From Entomortierella parvispora E1425 (lineage: Eukaryota > Fungi > Mortierellomycota): a stretch of DNA of 64,000 bases. The stretch covers positions 496,001 through 560,000 of the forward strand of contig BQFW01000012.1 in NCBI GenBank assembly GCA_020891255.1, given 5' to 3'. Both the position numbers and the translations under genes were made by a program. Below the pieces are notes generated by a model, which saw nothing but the letters and a program-made list of their open reading frames with translations, was not told where the DNA came from and searched no databases. Of this stretch, positions 48,401 through 62,835 are shown one piece after another (the first letter of the stretch is position 1; the number at the start of each line of letters is the position of its first letter).

Positions 48401-49567
48401 CCCTCTGGTGGTGCCGGCCTTGCATCCGATTTGCAGCCCTCGACAGAGACCGACGGATCCTTACCTTCGATGCAAGATGTGAGGGGCGCAATCAATGGAA
48501 CTGGAGGAAGCAGTGACCAGCCTGTAGCAGTAACGACTCGCAAGACGCGAGCCCTGACATCATTCCATACGAGTGCGGCCAATGGAGGATCCAATGAATC
48601 AGCGGCGACACGTAGTTTGGGAAGGGCTGCTGGTCGGGAATCTGCATTGGCATTCTTGCGTGCAGAGGGACAGTCAGCGGCAACCTCGCTCTTGGGATCG
48701 TTCTTTCAACAGCCAGATAACCATCACAACAGCGGCAGCAGCGGCAGCAGTCATGGAGGAAGTGGCAATGGCGTCCCCACTGCAAGTGAAAGACTTCGAT
48801 CTTCAATCCTGAAGGGCAAAACACCTATCTATGACAGTCAACCGAACAGCACCAAGGCGAGCTTTGAAATCTTGACCAAGGAGGGCGATGACCATCATGA
48901 AGAGGGCGAATATGGTGCGACGGAAGCAGAAAAGGACTGGCTTACGGGGTCTGGACTTGCCCAACAGCAGCAGCTCCATATCCAGACAGGGGCCATGAGC
49001 AACTCTCGATCGGACACGAGTTTACTCCAGGCGACTCTGTCCACGACCGCCTTGACCGCACCCACGACACCGTTGCTCATGCGAGTCACCGGAACTCCCA
49101 ACACACCCACGACACCCACCACATCCATCACTCAACGGAATGCTCCGACGAGTAGTACGGCTGTTGCTTACGTAGTGGCCGTTCCAGATCATGAGGAAGG
49201 CGGAACCGGTAGTGGCGGGGGCGCGGGCGCGGGCAGCAACAGATTGAGACGTGCGGTGTTTGACAGAGATCTCATCAAGGCCTCCCAGAAGCGGATCTTA
49301 GCCCAAGTGCCCCACCACAACCCGACTGTTCCTCAGAGCCCCTCTCTGAAGGGCGAGTCTTCCTTGACACAGGCCACCACAGGAGGCCCGAGACCCTTTG
49401 AGCCCCAGGCGAAACCCAGGAGAGCTAGAGCCTTGTCCGTGGATAGTTCTCAGTCCGTCGAGCCCCTCAAGGCGACCGAGATCATGGACATTTGGCGCGT
49501 GGGCGCAGGTGTCAGTCGTGAACTTTGGCGAGGCCTGATCAAGAAGGTGGATGGAAGAGAAACTTGA
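42440..49567 (+). CDS. Large coiled-coil/disordered protein of unknown function, ~2041 aa, 4 exons
   Basis: Exons 42440-42566, 42758-42810, 43542-44975, 45056-49567 (6126 nt, in frame). Heptad-rich 43554-44000, with ordered blocks LISLIKELATTNSTLRSEL, LLERLARSDTRELNRRLRRTFDI and EMLSEIGKLRMTINELQLSYV. The first two exons are less certain. Confidence 0.75.
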
Positions 49568-49931
49568 AGAATCTCCCTTCTTCTCCTCTGTCGTTCACTG
49601 ACCCTCCTCCCAACAAATATACCAACGTGTAATAGATAATTATATATAAAAGCTGTGTTTTTTTTACTTTACATGTGTGTGGTCTGGATGTTTTTTTGGT
49701 ATTGATATTTTTCTTTTTTTTTCTTTGCTGGGATATGAAAGAGGACAGAACACTGTGGAAGAGAGGGATCCCAGAAAAAAAAGGGCAAGATCCCTCTCAA
49801 GGTAGGTGAATGGGTGGACGGTTTAAAAGTGAATGACGCGAAAGGGAAGGGGGAGGGGGTAACAGTGGGGGTTCAGAGTGCGTTATGCCTTTGGGGGAAT
49901 CAATAGGGTCCGGTAATTTTTTGTTTCCCCC

Positions 49932-52006
<2,075 letters not shown>

Positions 52007-52860
52007 TTCAGAGATGGTATCGCTCAGCCGCTTTGTGATTCGCGAGAGAATGATGGGCAAGTGGGGGTGATGGAGGGCGAAGAAGGATGAGCGGAGGGTA
52101 GAGAGGAGCACAGGGAGGAAGGGGATGCAAAGGGAGATGGAGGAAGGAGAAGAGAAAAGAGAGAAGAGAGAAGAAAAGAAAAGAAGGGAAGAGAAAGAGA
52201 GTAAAGAAGGAACAAATGAAAGAGAAGGAAAGAAAGAAGAATGAAAGAAAGAAAGAAAGGGGGTGTTGCTTGGTTGCAAGTGAAGGGTTGACGAGTGAAT
52301 GCATGCACGCAAACGGATGGCTGTTTCCCTTAGTCTTGACCCGATTCGCCTCGATTCGCTTCGATTCGATTCGACTCTTTGACTCTTTTCGACAGTTTCG
52401 CCCTTTGTCCATTCCTTTTCCCTTCATCATGGCCACGCTCTCGCCGTTTCCACCTCCAACGGCAAACAGAAAATGAGAAATGAACGAGGGTTGGGTACGG
52501 CCGAGGGAGTATGAGTATGACAGAGCAGCAAAATTGTATCGACAAAGATAGGTTTTATTAGAAATGTCGCTGTAATTTAGGGTCCACCCACTCATCTTGG
52601 ACGTCCCCAGGCCATGATGGTCGATCTCTGTTTCTGTTCTTGACGCAGGAAGGGCCGCTCTTTCCCTTGATCCATGCCCCGTCTGCCCATCTCTCTCCAT
52701 CGCACTATCTCGCTATCTTTTGCCATGCGACGCCTTCAGGGGGCAAGGGGTGCTGCCCGTGGGAGCGAACGAAGCGAGGGAGTACGTGTTGCCAGCCAAG
52801 GGACACAAAGGGAGAGTGAGTATCCCCGAGGATGGATCTGCTCGTCTGTGTGTCTGTGAG

Positions 52861-52905
52861 TCCTGTCTGTCCTGTCTGTCCTGTCTGTCCTGTCTGTCCT
52901 GTCTG
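52861..52905. repeat. 9-bp tandem repeat (TCCTGTCTG) x5, decaying into CTAT/CTGC units
   Basis: Seen directly in the divergent MAPK/C8orf82 intergenic region. Confidence 0.9.
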
Positions 52906-53154
52906 TCTATCTGTCTATCTGCCTGCCTGCTTGCCTCGTCTGTGCTCCACCTCTTTCCTTCTTCCCTTGCTCTCGCATCGCATCCACACAGAGACGCACG
53001 CTCACTCTCCGTCCGTCCCACCTTGTTTCGAGCCATCCACTGTGATCAAGGGGTTGTCCTGAAACGCGGCTTTTTTCTTTTCTTCTTTATTCTTCTTTAT
53101 TCCCACATCACTTACTTTATTGATCAGCTCCACTCCAGCTCATCAACCTGCGCA

Positions 53155-54010
53155 ATGCTGTTGTCGCGCTCTCTGGCTGCCGTTGCTCACAATGCAACTA
53201 CATCAACTACCGCACCTGCATCTGCATCCGTGCTCAGAAACTGTCGCCCACGGTCATTCTGTGCATTCAGGTCCAGCTGCCCATCGCTCATGAGCAATCA
53301 CTCTCTGTTTGACCGTGGCATCAAACCCTCTCCAGCGGCCCTAGAGGCTATGCTCGCGAAAAAGATCCGCCCCTACTTTTACTACATTGATATTCACGGC
53401 CAGCTCTTTTTGCAGGACACTCATCCAAAGGACCTGACTTCATGCTTCAAGGACCCACGCTTCCTCGACTTTTTCGTGCCCCGCATCCGTCCTAACACGA
53501 CGCCCTTCTTGCCAGAGTACCCTTGGCAGAGTCCATGTGGAAAGGAGTTCAACTTTGTCGAGGCAGAAGATACCCCTATCGTGTTTCACTCGCTGATCCA
53601 AGGTGAGCAAGCACATGAAAGAGGCCTGGTTCATACCTCCGCCCTTTGTTCAACACCACTTTGCAACTGCTTGCAAATCTCTTTGAGTGTCAACTACGCC
53701 TCTACACTGTTCCCCCATGGTACCAAATGTTTAACATCCTCATTTGACCTGCTTAGGCCAATTACGTTGGGCAGGCACCAGAGAGACCGAATTCAAGCCG
53801 GATCAACTCTGCATATCTGCCTCCACAGGTCGAATTTATCATCCTCTTCCATCGCCATTCGAACGTCCAGACAACTCAACAGTCCCACCTCATGCATATA
53901 CCCACGGACTGATCAAATCTTCTTTAGCCCTGAGTGAGATGGCGAACGATCTTAGTCACGACTCCTTCCATTGGCGTGGGGAGACCTTTCCGCTGCAACA
54001 GCTGCCGTAG
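53155..54010 (+). CDS. C8orf82/UPF0598 (DUF4505)-like protein with probable mitochondrial presequence, 233 aa, 2 exons
   Basis: Exons 53155-53602 and 53757-54010 (702 nt). Motifs YFYYIDIHGQLFL..T, SCFKD..FLDFF, SPCGKEFNFVEAEDTPIVF and TGRIYHP. The N-terminus is R/S/A-rich and free of acidic residues. Confidence 0.82.
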
Positions 54011-54084
54011 AACCGGAGGGTAAGAGATTTAATAAAACAATAGTGTACAAGATATAGTTGGGCTGGAGTGTTGGCAATGACAAG

Positions 54085-54579
54085 TTAGGCATTGGTCTAG
54101 AAAGAGAGGCAAAATGTCAAAGCCTGTTAGACAGGATGCAACAAAGATCTTCCTCAATTGCCCAAAGTAAAACGAGGCCTACCCGTGTAGAAGAACTCTC
54201 TCGTCGAAGTTCCTTGATGACAGCCTATCCATCAAAATGACGCGTCTCAGTCAACATTATAAAAAGAAGAGGATCCACGATATACTCAAAGCTCCCTCTT
54301 ACAGCTAGTGCTTCTGGGTTGACGCCTGATTCGCACAATGATACACAGACAGCGAGTGTTTCCCGATCCAAGCCAGTATTCAAGAGCGACGACATCTCTG
54401 TCAGGACTAGAATAGAAGAACGACAATCAGCTTTGACTTTCTCCATTGTGAAGGCCTCTCATGTTGTCCATTTGTCCATCCCTGTCACTTCTCTTACTGT
54501 CCATAGCCTGCCTGGCCTCCTGCTGCTGTTGTTGCTGCTGTTGTTTTCTCTGATGACTGTCCCTGGCCGTGTCCTGCAT
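54085..54579 (-). CDS. MZT1: Mitotic-spindle organizing protein 1 (MOZART1, gamma-tubulin complex), ~79 aa
   Basis: Exons 54579-54498, 54406-54303, 54224-54183 and 54096-54085 (last exon less sure). Spliced product [51 protein letters not shown]. Confidence 0.9.
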
Positions 54580-55410
54580 GATCTCGTAAGGTAATGCTGC
54601 TTGAATGGAAGTTTGAAGCGAATGCAACGAAAGAAAAGAAATCCAAAAAAAAAAAAAAATCCCGTGACCTGCTCTTTCGCTGGCTGAGCTGGCCCCCAAA
54701 AATCAAATCTTTCCAAAAATTGTAGTTGCAAGAACCACAAGTCGTTCATAACAAAGTAGATGGAATCAAGTGCTATCACTTCCAAAGTTTCTGGAGACAT
54801 GCACTATTTCTGCTCCAATGGTCAAAGCAAGAATCAGGTGTTTTAGGCAATGTTGGTAAGGTGATATGACTTACAAATTGCATTTGGCGAATGTCTCTTG
54901 GAGGTTTCCTCCTTGGTGACCATCACTTTCAAACAGCAGCTCGTTGGCGGATTGTCACAGGCATTGGGCTCGATAGAAAGATGAAGAGGGGAGGCGAGTT
55001 TCAAGTCAGGGTTGCGTAAGAGGACGAGAAACCGCTTGCAGTGGTGGTAGACTCAAGTCGGTGTCACTATAAAACCAATGCGACAAAGGAAGAAAAGAAG
55101 AATGGAAGGTTGAAATCTCAATTTTCAGGTTGTGTTCAATACCTTGGCATGGGGTATGAGTATTGACGACATCATACACACATACACCTTCTTTTTAATG
55201 AATACAAACCCTTCCGATCAAGATATGTGTCCCTTATCGCAAATTTTAATGCCACCTTTTCCACAGGGTGATCTCTTTCTCATTCTCTATATTCTCTATT
55301 TTTCAGGATGACCTCCTGCCTCTATCCTTTTTCTGGAGAATAATGTCAAATGAGACTGCGGCTTGACTCTAGTGAAATTGGCTTCAACCAACGGTGAGCG
55401 TTTGAGAGGG

Positions 55411-55443
<33 letters not shown>

Positions 55444-56383
55444 GCTTTGCCACAACAAAACATAGGTGTAGGTTTTGGAAATCCAAAGACGAGTAGAGAC
55501 GTGCCCAGTTGAATTCTGGCTCTCACTCTTCACCTGATGAATTGAGGATTGGAAAATAGAGGAGAAGGGATTAAAAGGGTGTTGAGTATGTAGCATGCCC
55601 TTGAAAAGCATCGAAAATATAGAATGTCTAAGTGCCTATGCAAACTAGATGCGAATCCCCTGAAATTGGCTGTGATCCATTGCGAGATATATACAGTACA
55701 TGTTGAATCTGCCGGTACGTGGATCGATACGAAAAGGCTACATGTACAGTACAGTGCGGACAAGTCAAAGACGCAGATAGCAGAGAAGGCGCGTCCCGAC
55801 GCGTCCTTTTTGACCGATGCGCTTGCTGTACTTGCTCCTCGAGCGATCCCGTGACGTATTAACGCGCCCGTTGGGCCATTCTCCGTTCGTTCAGTCGTCT
55901 CTCTCCTTCCCTCTCTGTTCATCCTTTGTCTCCATCCTTCGCCGTCCTTCACCCCTTCTCTCTGTCGCTCCACATCGTCTCTCTTGACTGTTCTTCCCGC
56001 CACAGTCCTACCGTCTTTGCTTCTTTGACACTGACCGTAGACAAGCCTGTGCCCCTCTCTGACCAGTCTTTCTCTCATCACGACAGAATCCGGACTTATA
56101 TATTATTTTCCTTCATTCTCTTTGTCCATCACACGACCCACCAAGCGTCCGTTCATTCCCATCCCCCACTGATCCGCCCCCCTTCCTTCTGCCTCTGTCT
56201 GACCACAGCACCTTTGCCTCACCCGGTATGCACACTGATCCACGCTATCTTGCCGCATCATAACTGATATTGCAGCTTTAAATACAACTCTGAGAGACAA
56301 GAAAAGCGACTTCCTGACGGACGGACGGACTGGGCAAGACTGGCTGGGCTGACTCTTTTTGTCTTTCATCCAATCCAATAGCC

Positions 56384-58883
56384 ATGCAGACGCCACAGCA
56401 GCAACAACAGTTCCAACAACATCTCCAGCAGCAGCAGCAACGAGCCTCGGCAATGCAAGCAGCAGCAGGACGCATGCCCAACGGCAGACATGGCTCTTTT
56501 GAGATGAGTATGTGATCCACCTTCGCATCGCATCGACACGCTCCTTTCTAATAGGGGAGGAGGACGAGGAGGCGGACTGTAGGCGCAATAGGAAGGGGGG
56601 TTATGTCCCCCTTCCTAGCCTTTCCTTTGTCCTCTGTCCACCCCGCAGTAGTTGTGCTGTCAACAGGCAACCAGGAATGCTCATCGTGTCGCTTGCTGAT
56701 CGTCACTCATAGGTCAACCAAGTCAAGGCTGGGCATATGGCTCAGGGCCATTGCAGGGAATGAATCAAGCACGGCCGCCAATGTCAGGATTCCCCAACAT
56801 GATGCAATCGTCCATGTTGCAGCAGCAACAGCAACAGCAACAATCTCACTCGCATCCATCGCACCAGCAAGAGATTCTAGACATGTCTGACTTTCCCGCA
56901 CTTGGAAGCGCCAACAACGCTTCATCGAACCCAGGCCTCTCTGCCAGCTATGCCAGCACAGCAGGAACGATTGCTAGCTCAAACGCAGCGGCAGCAGCGA
57001 ACCTACTCTCGCAAGAATTCAGCATAGAGGATGACTTCCCTGCTCTTCCAGGAGCAAGGCCCAACTCTGCGGGATCAAGTCGACAGTTTAATGCGACAAT
57101 GCAACAACAATTGCACCAGCAACAGCAGCAACAGCAGCAGCAAAACTCTTCAAGATCTCAGCAGTCTTTGCAACATCATCCCTCCCAGCAAGCTCAACAT
57201 TTGCTCCAACAGTCGCAGCTGGATGGCATGGGTGCATTCTCTTCCTTGTTGAGCTCTTCCTCAGGGTCTCAGATGCAATCGTTGCAAATGCAACAGCAAT
57301 TAGCGAATGAGTTGATGTATCAGCAGCAGCAACAGCATCAACAGCAGCAATCGTTGGCTCAGCAGCAAATGTTGCACCTCAATGGTACGATCGCTGCATA
57401 GTAATCCGTATCGCCGCCCTGTTCCTCGTTGAGCTGGGGAGATCATGACTAACAAAATATTTTGGCTCCAATCTGTAGGCTCCCACTCACCGCTCAACTC
57501 TCATATCGCCAGCTCTCCAGGCGATCTCGGAAAGGCAACAAAGGTACAGGATGTTGTTGATTAGTCTTACACTTGTGGACCAAGGCCTTTACTATGAACA
57601 TCAATATACTGACAACATTGTGCTTATTCTGGCATGCTGTCTCCTTTGATAGAGCTACGCAACAAAAGCAAGCAATGGATCAGGGTCTGGACTCTTTTCA
57701 TCCTCCCTCAGTAGTCCGCTGTCAGCACCCTCATCTGCAGTACCATCAACAACAGGGCAAAGTGCAACTTCTTCTCAGACGGGGACGACTCAGTCTGGGG
57801 CTGCCTCAAATACTTCAAGGCAGAATGACACCGCTGCTCCTTCCAAAGACCTGCAGAACGCAGCAGGCTCAAATTTGGAGCGCCATGATCGGTTTGGCCT
57901 TTTTGGAATGCTTGGCGTGATCCGTATGGCAGACCAGGACTCTACCACGTTGACCCTTGGACGTGATTTGACCACCCTTGGCCTGAGCCTAAACTCTGCA
58001 GAGTGAGTTTCATATTGGATGTTTTTCTTCGCACGCCACTCGGATTTTATTTACTATTGGCATTCTTGCCACCTATTCAGGAAACTAATTGGATGCTTTT
58101 TTATTTCATTGAATTAGCCCCCTCTATGGAACGTTCGCATCACCGTGGTTTGAAGTACCAGCATCATCTGACGTAGAAGCAGAGTTCCACGTTCCTGCCT
58201 GTTATAACGTGCAACCTCCACCTTCAGCACAAGCAAAGTTGAGCTCGGTCATGGATGAGACGCTGTTTTACATGTTTTACTCGATGCCACGAGATGCCCT
58301 TCAAGATGCTGCAGCCGCTGAGCTGTACAATCGTCAGTGGCGGTATCATAAGGAACTCCGGTTGTGGCTCATGAAGGACCAGACGTCAGAGCAGTCAAAA
58401 ACACCGACCTTTGAAAGAGGCAGCTACATCTTTTTCGACCCCAACAGCTGGGAGAAGGTCAAGAAGGATTTCATTGTCATGTATGATGCTCTGGAGGAAC
58501 GTCGTCAGGGACCACCACCTACTCTTCAACAGTCAAACGGAAGTGGAAACAGTGCTGTTGGAGGAGGACCAAACGGATCTGGCGTCTCGGCTGTGAATGG
58601 AATGGAGGGTGCACATGCGGGCTTGCTGAACAACCTGAACATGACGGCATCCACGGCGGGCCCTGGAAGCTCCTCCCTGTCTGGTGCAGGGGGTCAGCAA
58701 GGTCAGCAGCTCAAGCAGTCTGGACTTTCACAAAACTTCCAGATGCAGCAACAGCAGCAGCAGCAACAGAGGCAACAGCAGCAGCAGCAACAGCAACAGC
58801 ACCAAAAATCGTTGCACATGATGAACCATGGATTGTTTGCCCCCAACAACAACCATGGGTTCCAAGGTGTTAAGCCTCAGTAA
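56384..58883 (+). CDS. NOT2: CCR4-NOT complex subunit NOT2 (CNOT2/Cdc36), 658 aa, 5 coding exons
   Basis: Exons 56384-56507, 56713-57384, 57479-57543, 57653-58002, 58118-58883 (1977 nt). Motifs DRFGL.GML.VIRM, LGRDLTTLGL.LNS, LYGTFASPW, and NOT box DETLFYMFYSMPRD...LYNRQWRYHKELRLW...FFDP.SWEK. Contains polyQ tracts. Confidence 0.92.
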
Positions 58884-59146
58884 ACCCTCCCGCAGGAAGA
58901 AGGCGAAAGATGAGCGGAGGAGTGTAGTATTTTTTTGTTGGTTGTTGTAGTAGTATTGTGTAGCCCACAACCTGTATGTTTTCCCCTTGTTTCTTTCTTT
59001 TTAATGTGCTTCATTGAATACACGTTTTCCGTCTCCATGGTGCTCCAAATTGACTTTTTATTTTTTTTTTAAAAAAAAAGAAAGGATGATCGTTTTTCTT
59101 TTTCTATTTTTTTTTTTTTTTTTTTTTTTTTTTCTGACAAATGATG

Positions 59147-62100
59147 CTACTGGGGTTTAGGTGGTTCTTCGGATGCGGGTGTGGCCAGGTCAACGACACT
59201 CCAATGTGAAGAGGCCGAGACCATGTCGCGTGTGTGCATACCCGGGGCACCACCAGCGTTTGCATCCTCGCCGCTTCCATTGCTGCTAGCAGCGTCGTTG
59301 GTCCGGAGCTCAGATTTTGGACCCATGGTGCTCATGGGCAACCTTAGATCTTCGTTTCTGAAGGTAGAGGCACCTGTGGTGGGTCCGGCTCGGGCTACGG
59401 GCGGCGTTTGGAGCAGCGATGGTCTTCTGGAATCACGTGTGGATGGTTGAAAGCTGGCGCGATCTTGCGCATGAAGGGCGGTGGGCCGAACCTGATGATG
59501 CAAAAGAGTGTAGTTCGTGTCCCCTCCTGCGCTGGTGCCACCGCCACCGCCGCCACCGTTGCCTCCAGCACCAGAAGGATTGCCAAGGGTGTTGGGGCCA
59601 TGGTGACCCAAGAATTGATAATCTGACCGCCATGGGTTCCTTTTCGTCCACTGTTTCAAAAAGACCCTATCAACGACCACAAATACAATGATCAAGATGG
59701 CCCAGCCGGCTGCAATCCAGGCCAACATGACTTTGGGACCCCCACCGACCGTCCAGGCATGGCCCAACTTCAAATGCGGGGCCATGACCCATTTCCCGCC
59801 TATTCGCTCGCCCTTTGTGCTGCCCTTGGGTTCTTCAGGACTTTGACAAAGCAAAGCGACCAAAAGAGAGGCATAGAGGACACAGGAGAAGGAAAAGGTT
59901 CTCCAATAATTGATCTTGTTCCAATAACACGGTTTCATCCGGATGGTATAGCAAGCCATGGCCAACATGATGGCGATGGAGACTAAGCCCCGGAACCGAC
60001 GTTGGGCGGGGGATTGGATCAGGAGGAAATCTACAGCCAAGAGTAGACCTAGGTTCTTGAGGACAGCTACACCATTAGGTCTGGAACAGATCTCTCCTTT
60101 GGCGGGGACGCGTTCAAACGAGGTCAAGAAAACCATGAAGAGTAAATAGGCGAGCGTGTAGGCGAGTAGACTGGCGCCCAGGTAGAGTGAGGGACGGATC
60201 TGGGGGCCAGTACACAAAAGGGAATGGGCTGGCGGAGAGGACACAGTCGATGCTGGGTCAAGAAGGGTGAGAACAATAGAGTGGAGGAGAGTCGAAGGAG
60301 TGTGGGCACCGTGGCCCTCGCGACAAGCTTGGTCTTCTTGTTGTGCATGTCGCTCATGAGCGTAAGCATGGATAGCTTGCGATTGACAAGAGGCCGAAGA
60401 CAAAAACGTGCTGAGGATGGGAAGGTAGAGCACGCTCTGGAAACAAGCGAGAGAAAAAGAATAGGAAGAAAAGCGCGCGTTAGTTTCGCGACCACGCAAT
60501 GCTCGAAAAGAAGAAAAAAAATAATGAGCATATTTACCACGACGGGAATAAAGCAGCTTATCCAACCAACGCTGATTGCGCCCCAGTGAGGCTTACCCTC
60601 CCTTCGGAGCCGTCGACAGCGTCTATTCCATCCATGGATACAAAGGGCCACGACCCATCCCAGGAGCACGACCGCAAAACACGACCAGAACCGTAGCAGG
60701 TACCAGTCATGTGTGTTGATGGACGGCTGAAGTCCGAGACTGTTGACGACCTGCATCACAATGTCTCCATCGTTGCCCACGTCCTTGGTCGTTGCTGAAG
60801 ACGGAGGCGTGGAAGTAGAGCTACCTCCAATGCCTTCATCTCTTGCTCCCGCTTGCAAGGCCGATCCATCACCGACAGCCTGTGCAATGACGTTGATTCC
60901 AGAAGTCAAGCTCGAGTTGGTAGCGGCTTGAATGATCTGATCCCGAATTCCCTCCAGACTCTTTTGCGCTACATCCGTCATGGTGCTATTAGCCAGGAGC
61001 GCAGTAATGTTGGGCAACCAGGCTGGCAGGTTCTCTGTGATCCATTCCATTGGAGCTTTTGATTCTTGAATCCAAGGTGTGATGGCCGCCGTAGCGTTGT
61101 CGAGCATAGGCATGTTTTCCAGCCAATCAATCGCCTGTCGTTGTTGACTTAACGCGGAGGTTGTGGCATTTCCATCCGAATCATTGGTTTCCACGGATGG
61201 GTTGATGTTGTTGTCATCATTGCTGCTGTTGTTTTTGGACTTGTTCACTTTAAAGCCATATAAAGTCATGTTTCCAAATGACAACTTTCCGTCTCCGTAG
61301 TGTAAGCCCTCCCCAGCCTGCTGTTGTTGTTGCTGATCCGCGTTTGTGGCTACAGTTCTGAATGCGTTCAGGACATCCTTGGCGCTCTCGTACACTGTGC
61401 TGGTCTTTTCGGCTTGGTTGTAAAACTCCATGAGCTCTCTTAACGGGAACGAGAACAGCTGAAGAAACTCGATAATGACAATCCCCACCTGCAAGTAGTT
61501 GAACCATGCCAGGAATGACATGGTCCTGAAATCTGGAGAGTCATCCTCACCCGCTGAACCATCAGGGTCATCCAGTTTGTTGTTCTTGGTGGCAGTGGAT
61601 TTTTCCCTTTGAAGAGCATCTTGCAACTCCTCTTTGAGAGGCACAGGCGGTGGGATAGCATCCGTTTCAAACGTAGCCCAGGGACTGGCTGCTTTTGAGA
61701 TCTCATCGTACCCGGCATCTTCAAAGTACCCTCGAGCTGCAATCCCTGACACTTCACGTTCACCCCTTTCCTGCGTCCATCCGTCTGAGCCCTTTTCTTC
61801 GTCCTGAAGGGCTGCAGTTGTCGCGGCAGCGATATTTGCATTGGCCATAGCGCCTCTCCGGATCATCTCCAATTGTTGAGTATCACCTTGCATCAGCTCT
61901 CTCTCATATTCTCTCCTGCGGCTGTACACACGTTGCCGGACCAACAGGTATCCGTTGATCCCTACAACAAAGACAAAGATGCCGTGCTCCATCAACTGGT
62001 CCTCAAAGTCCCTGATCCCCATCGCAATTTGCATGATATGGGTCATGACATTGTCCATCAGCGAATCGCCTTCTTCCGTCTCAAAAGTCCAAGGAGTCTC

Positions 62101-62835
62101 CTCTTCGCCTGGCACTCGGTTCTGGAGAGCGATATTGGCGCCAATGATCAACGCAATCCCAATGAAGATGCAGGCGACCATGCACCATCCAACCACAAAC
62201 TCCCAAAGTCGCTCCCCATCCAGTTCATCCGATGGTCGCTTCTTTTTGCGAGATCCTCCGCCATTTCCTGAACCCCCTGCGCCGCCTCCTCCTCCATCGC
62301 CATGACTCTCGTACTGATCGCCCATGTCTACGGCATGTACGCCAAGCGCCCCTCCTCCACTTGTGCCTGCACTTGCGCCACCACCACCGCCTATACTGGA
62401 GCCACTCGGGTAATAGCTGGTGACTGTAGGCTCCATTTGTAATTCTGCCCGATCTAACCTCTGTCGCTGATGCCGTCTCCAGATCTCGTCCATGGTCGCA
62501 TCTTCTTCTGCGCTCTCATCTCCAAGTTCCTGAGTATCTCTTCGATTCCGATGATGATGATGATGTGGCAGATGTGGATGATGCCGTCTTTGGGCTCGCA
62601 GCTTTCGTTGGTTGTTACGCCTTCGGAAGGGCCTGAGGCCGTCAATGACACATTGTGCCTGGGCCGCCATGGTCTCGACCAGTTGGTCAGCCTCGCTCTG
62701 AGCCTTGAGCCATAACGTGAGACGTTGAGAGACGGGAGTGGATCGACGGCTGATGAAAATGTAGAGTAGAAACGCCGCCAGGAGAAAGAAGACAACAATG
62801 AAGAATAAAAGAATTGTCAAGGCTGAAGTCTCCAT
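59147..62835 (-). CDS. Polytopic membrane protein of unknown function, ~1195 aa, 2 exons
   Basis: Exons 62835-60538 and 60436-59147, intron GTAAAT...CCAG. About 10 hydrophobic segments; an extracellular-looking Cys loop (SCQ...AC...LC); C-terminal MKPCYWNKINYWR motif. Confidence 0.75.

Noticed and set aside
52007-52312. In-frame open stretch upstream of the MAPK ATG (possible N-terminal extension)
   Set aside because: It starts at TTG and is a CT-rich leader that lacks stops for compositional reasons (poly F/S/L). The kinase is complete from 52006.
52720-53154. Cys-rich CLSCLSCLS extension of the C8orf82 ORF resembling a metallothionein
   Set aside because: It is the translation of a 9-bp non-coding tandem repeat. 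The ATG at 53155 gives a normal presequence-like start.
54780-54850. Weak resemblance to U12 (TGCCTAAAAC) and U4 (ACGACTTG, GAAATA..GCAT) snRNA segments
   Set aside because: The U12 branch-pairing region, the U4/U6 stem II sequence and the U5 loop GCCUUUUAC are all absent, so no snRNA identity can be assigned.
55005-55014. Telomerase-template-like CAACCCTGAC on the minus strand
   Set aside because: It does not match CTAACCCTAA for TTAGGG and lacks the terminal redundancy a template needs.
55535-55663. Possible C/D-box snoRNA (CTGATGA...CTGA)
   Set aside because: There is no terminal stem and I could not identify an rRNA-complementary guide; chance occurrence is likely.
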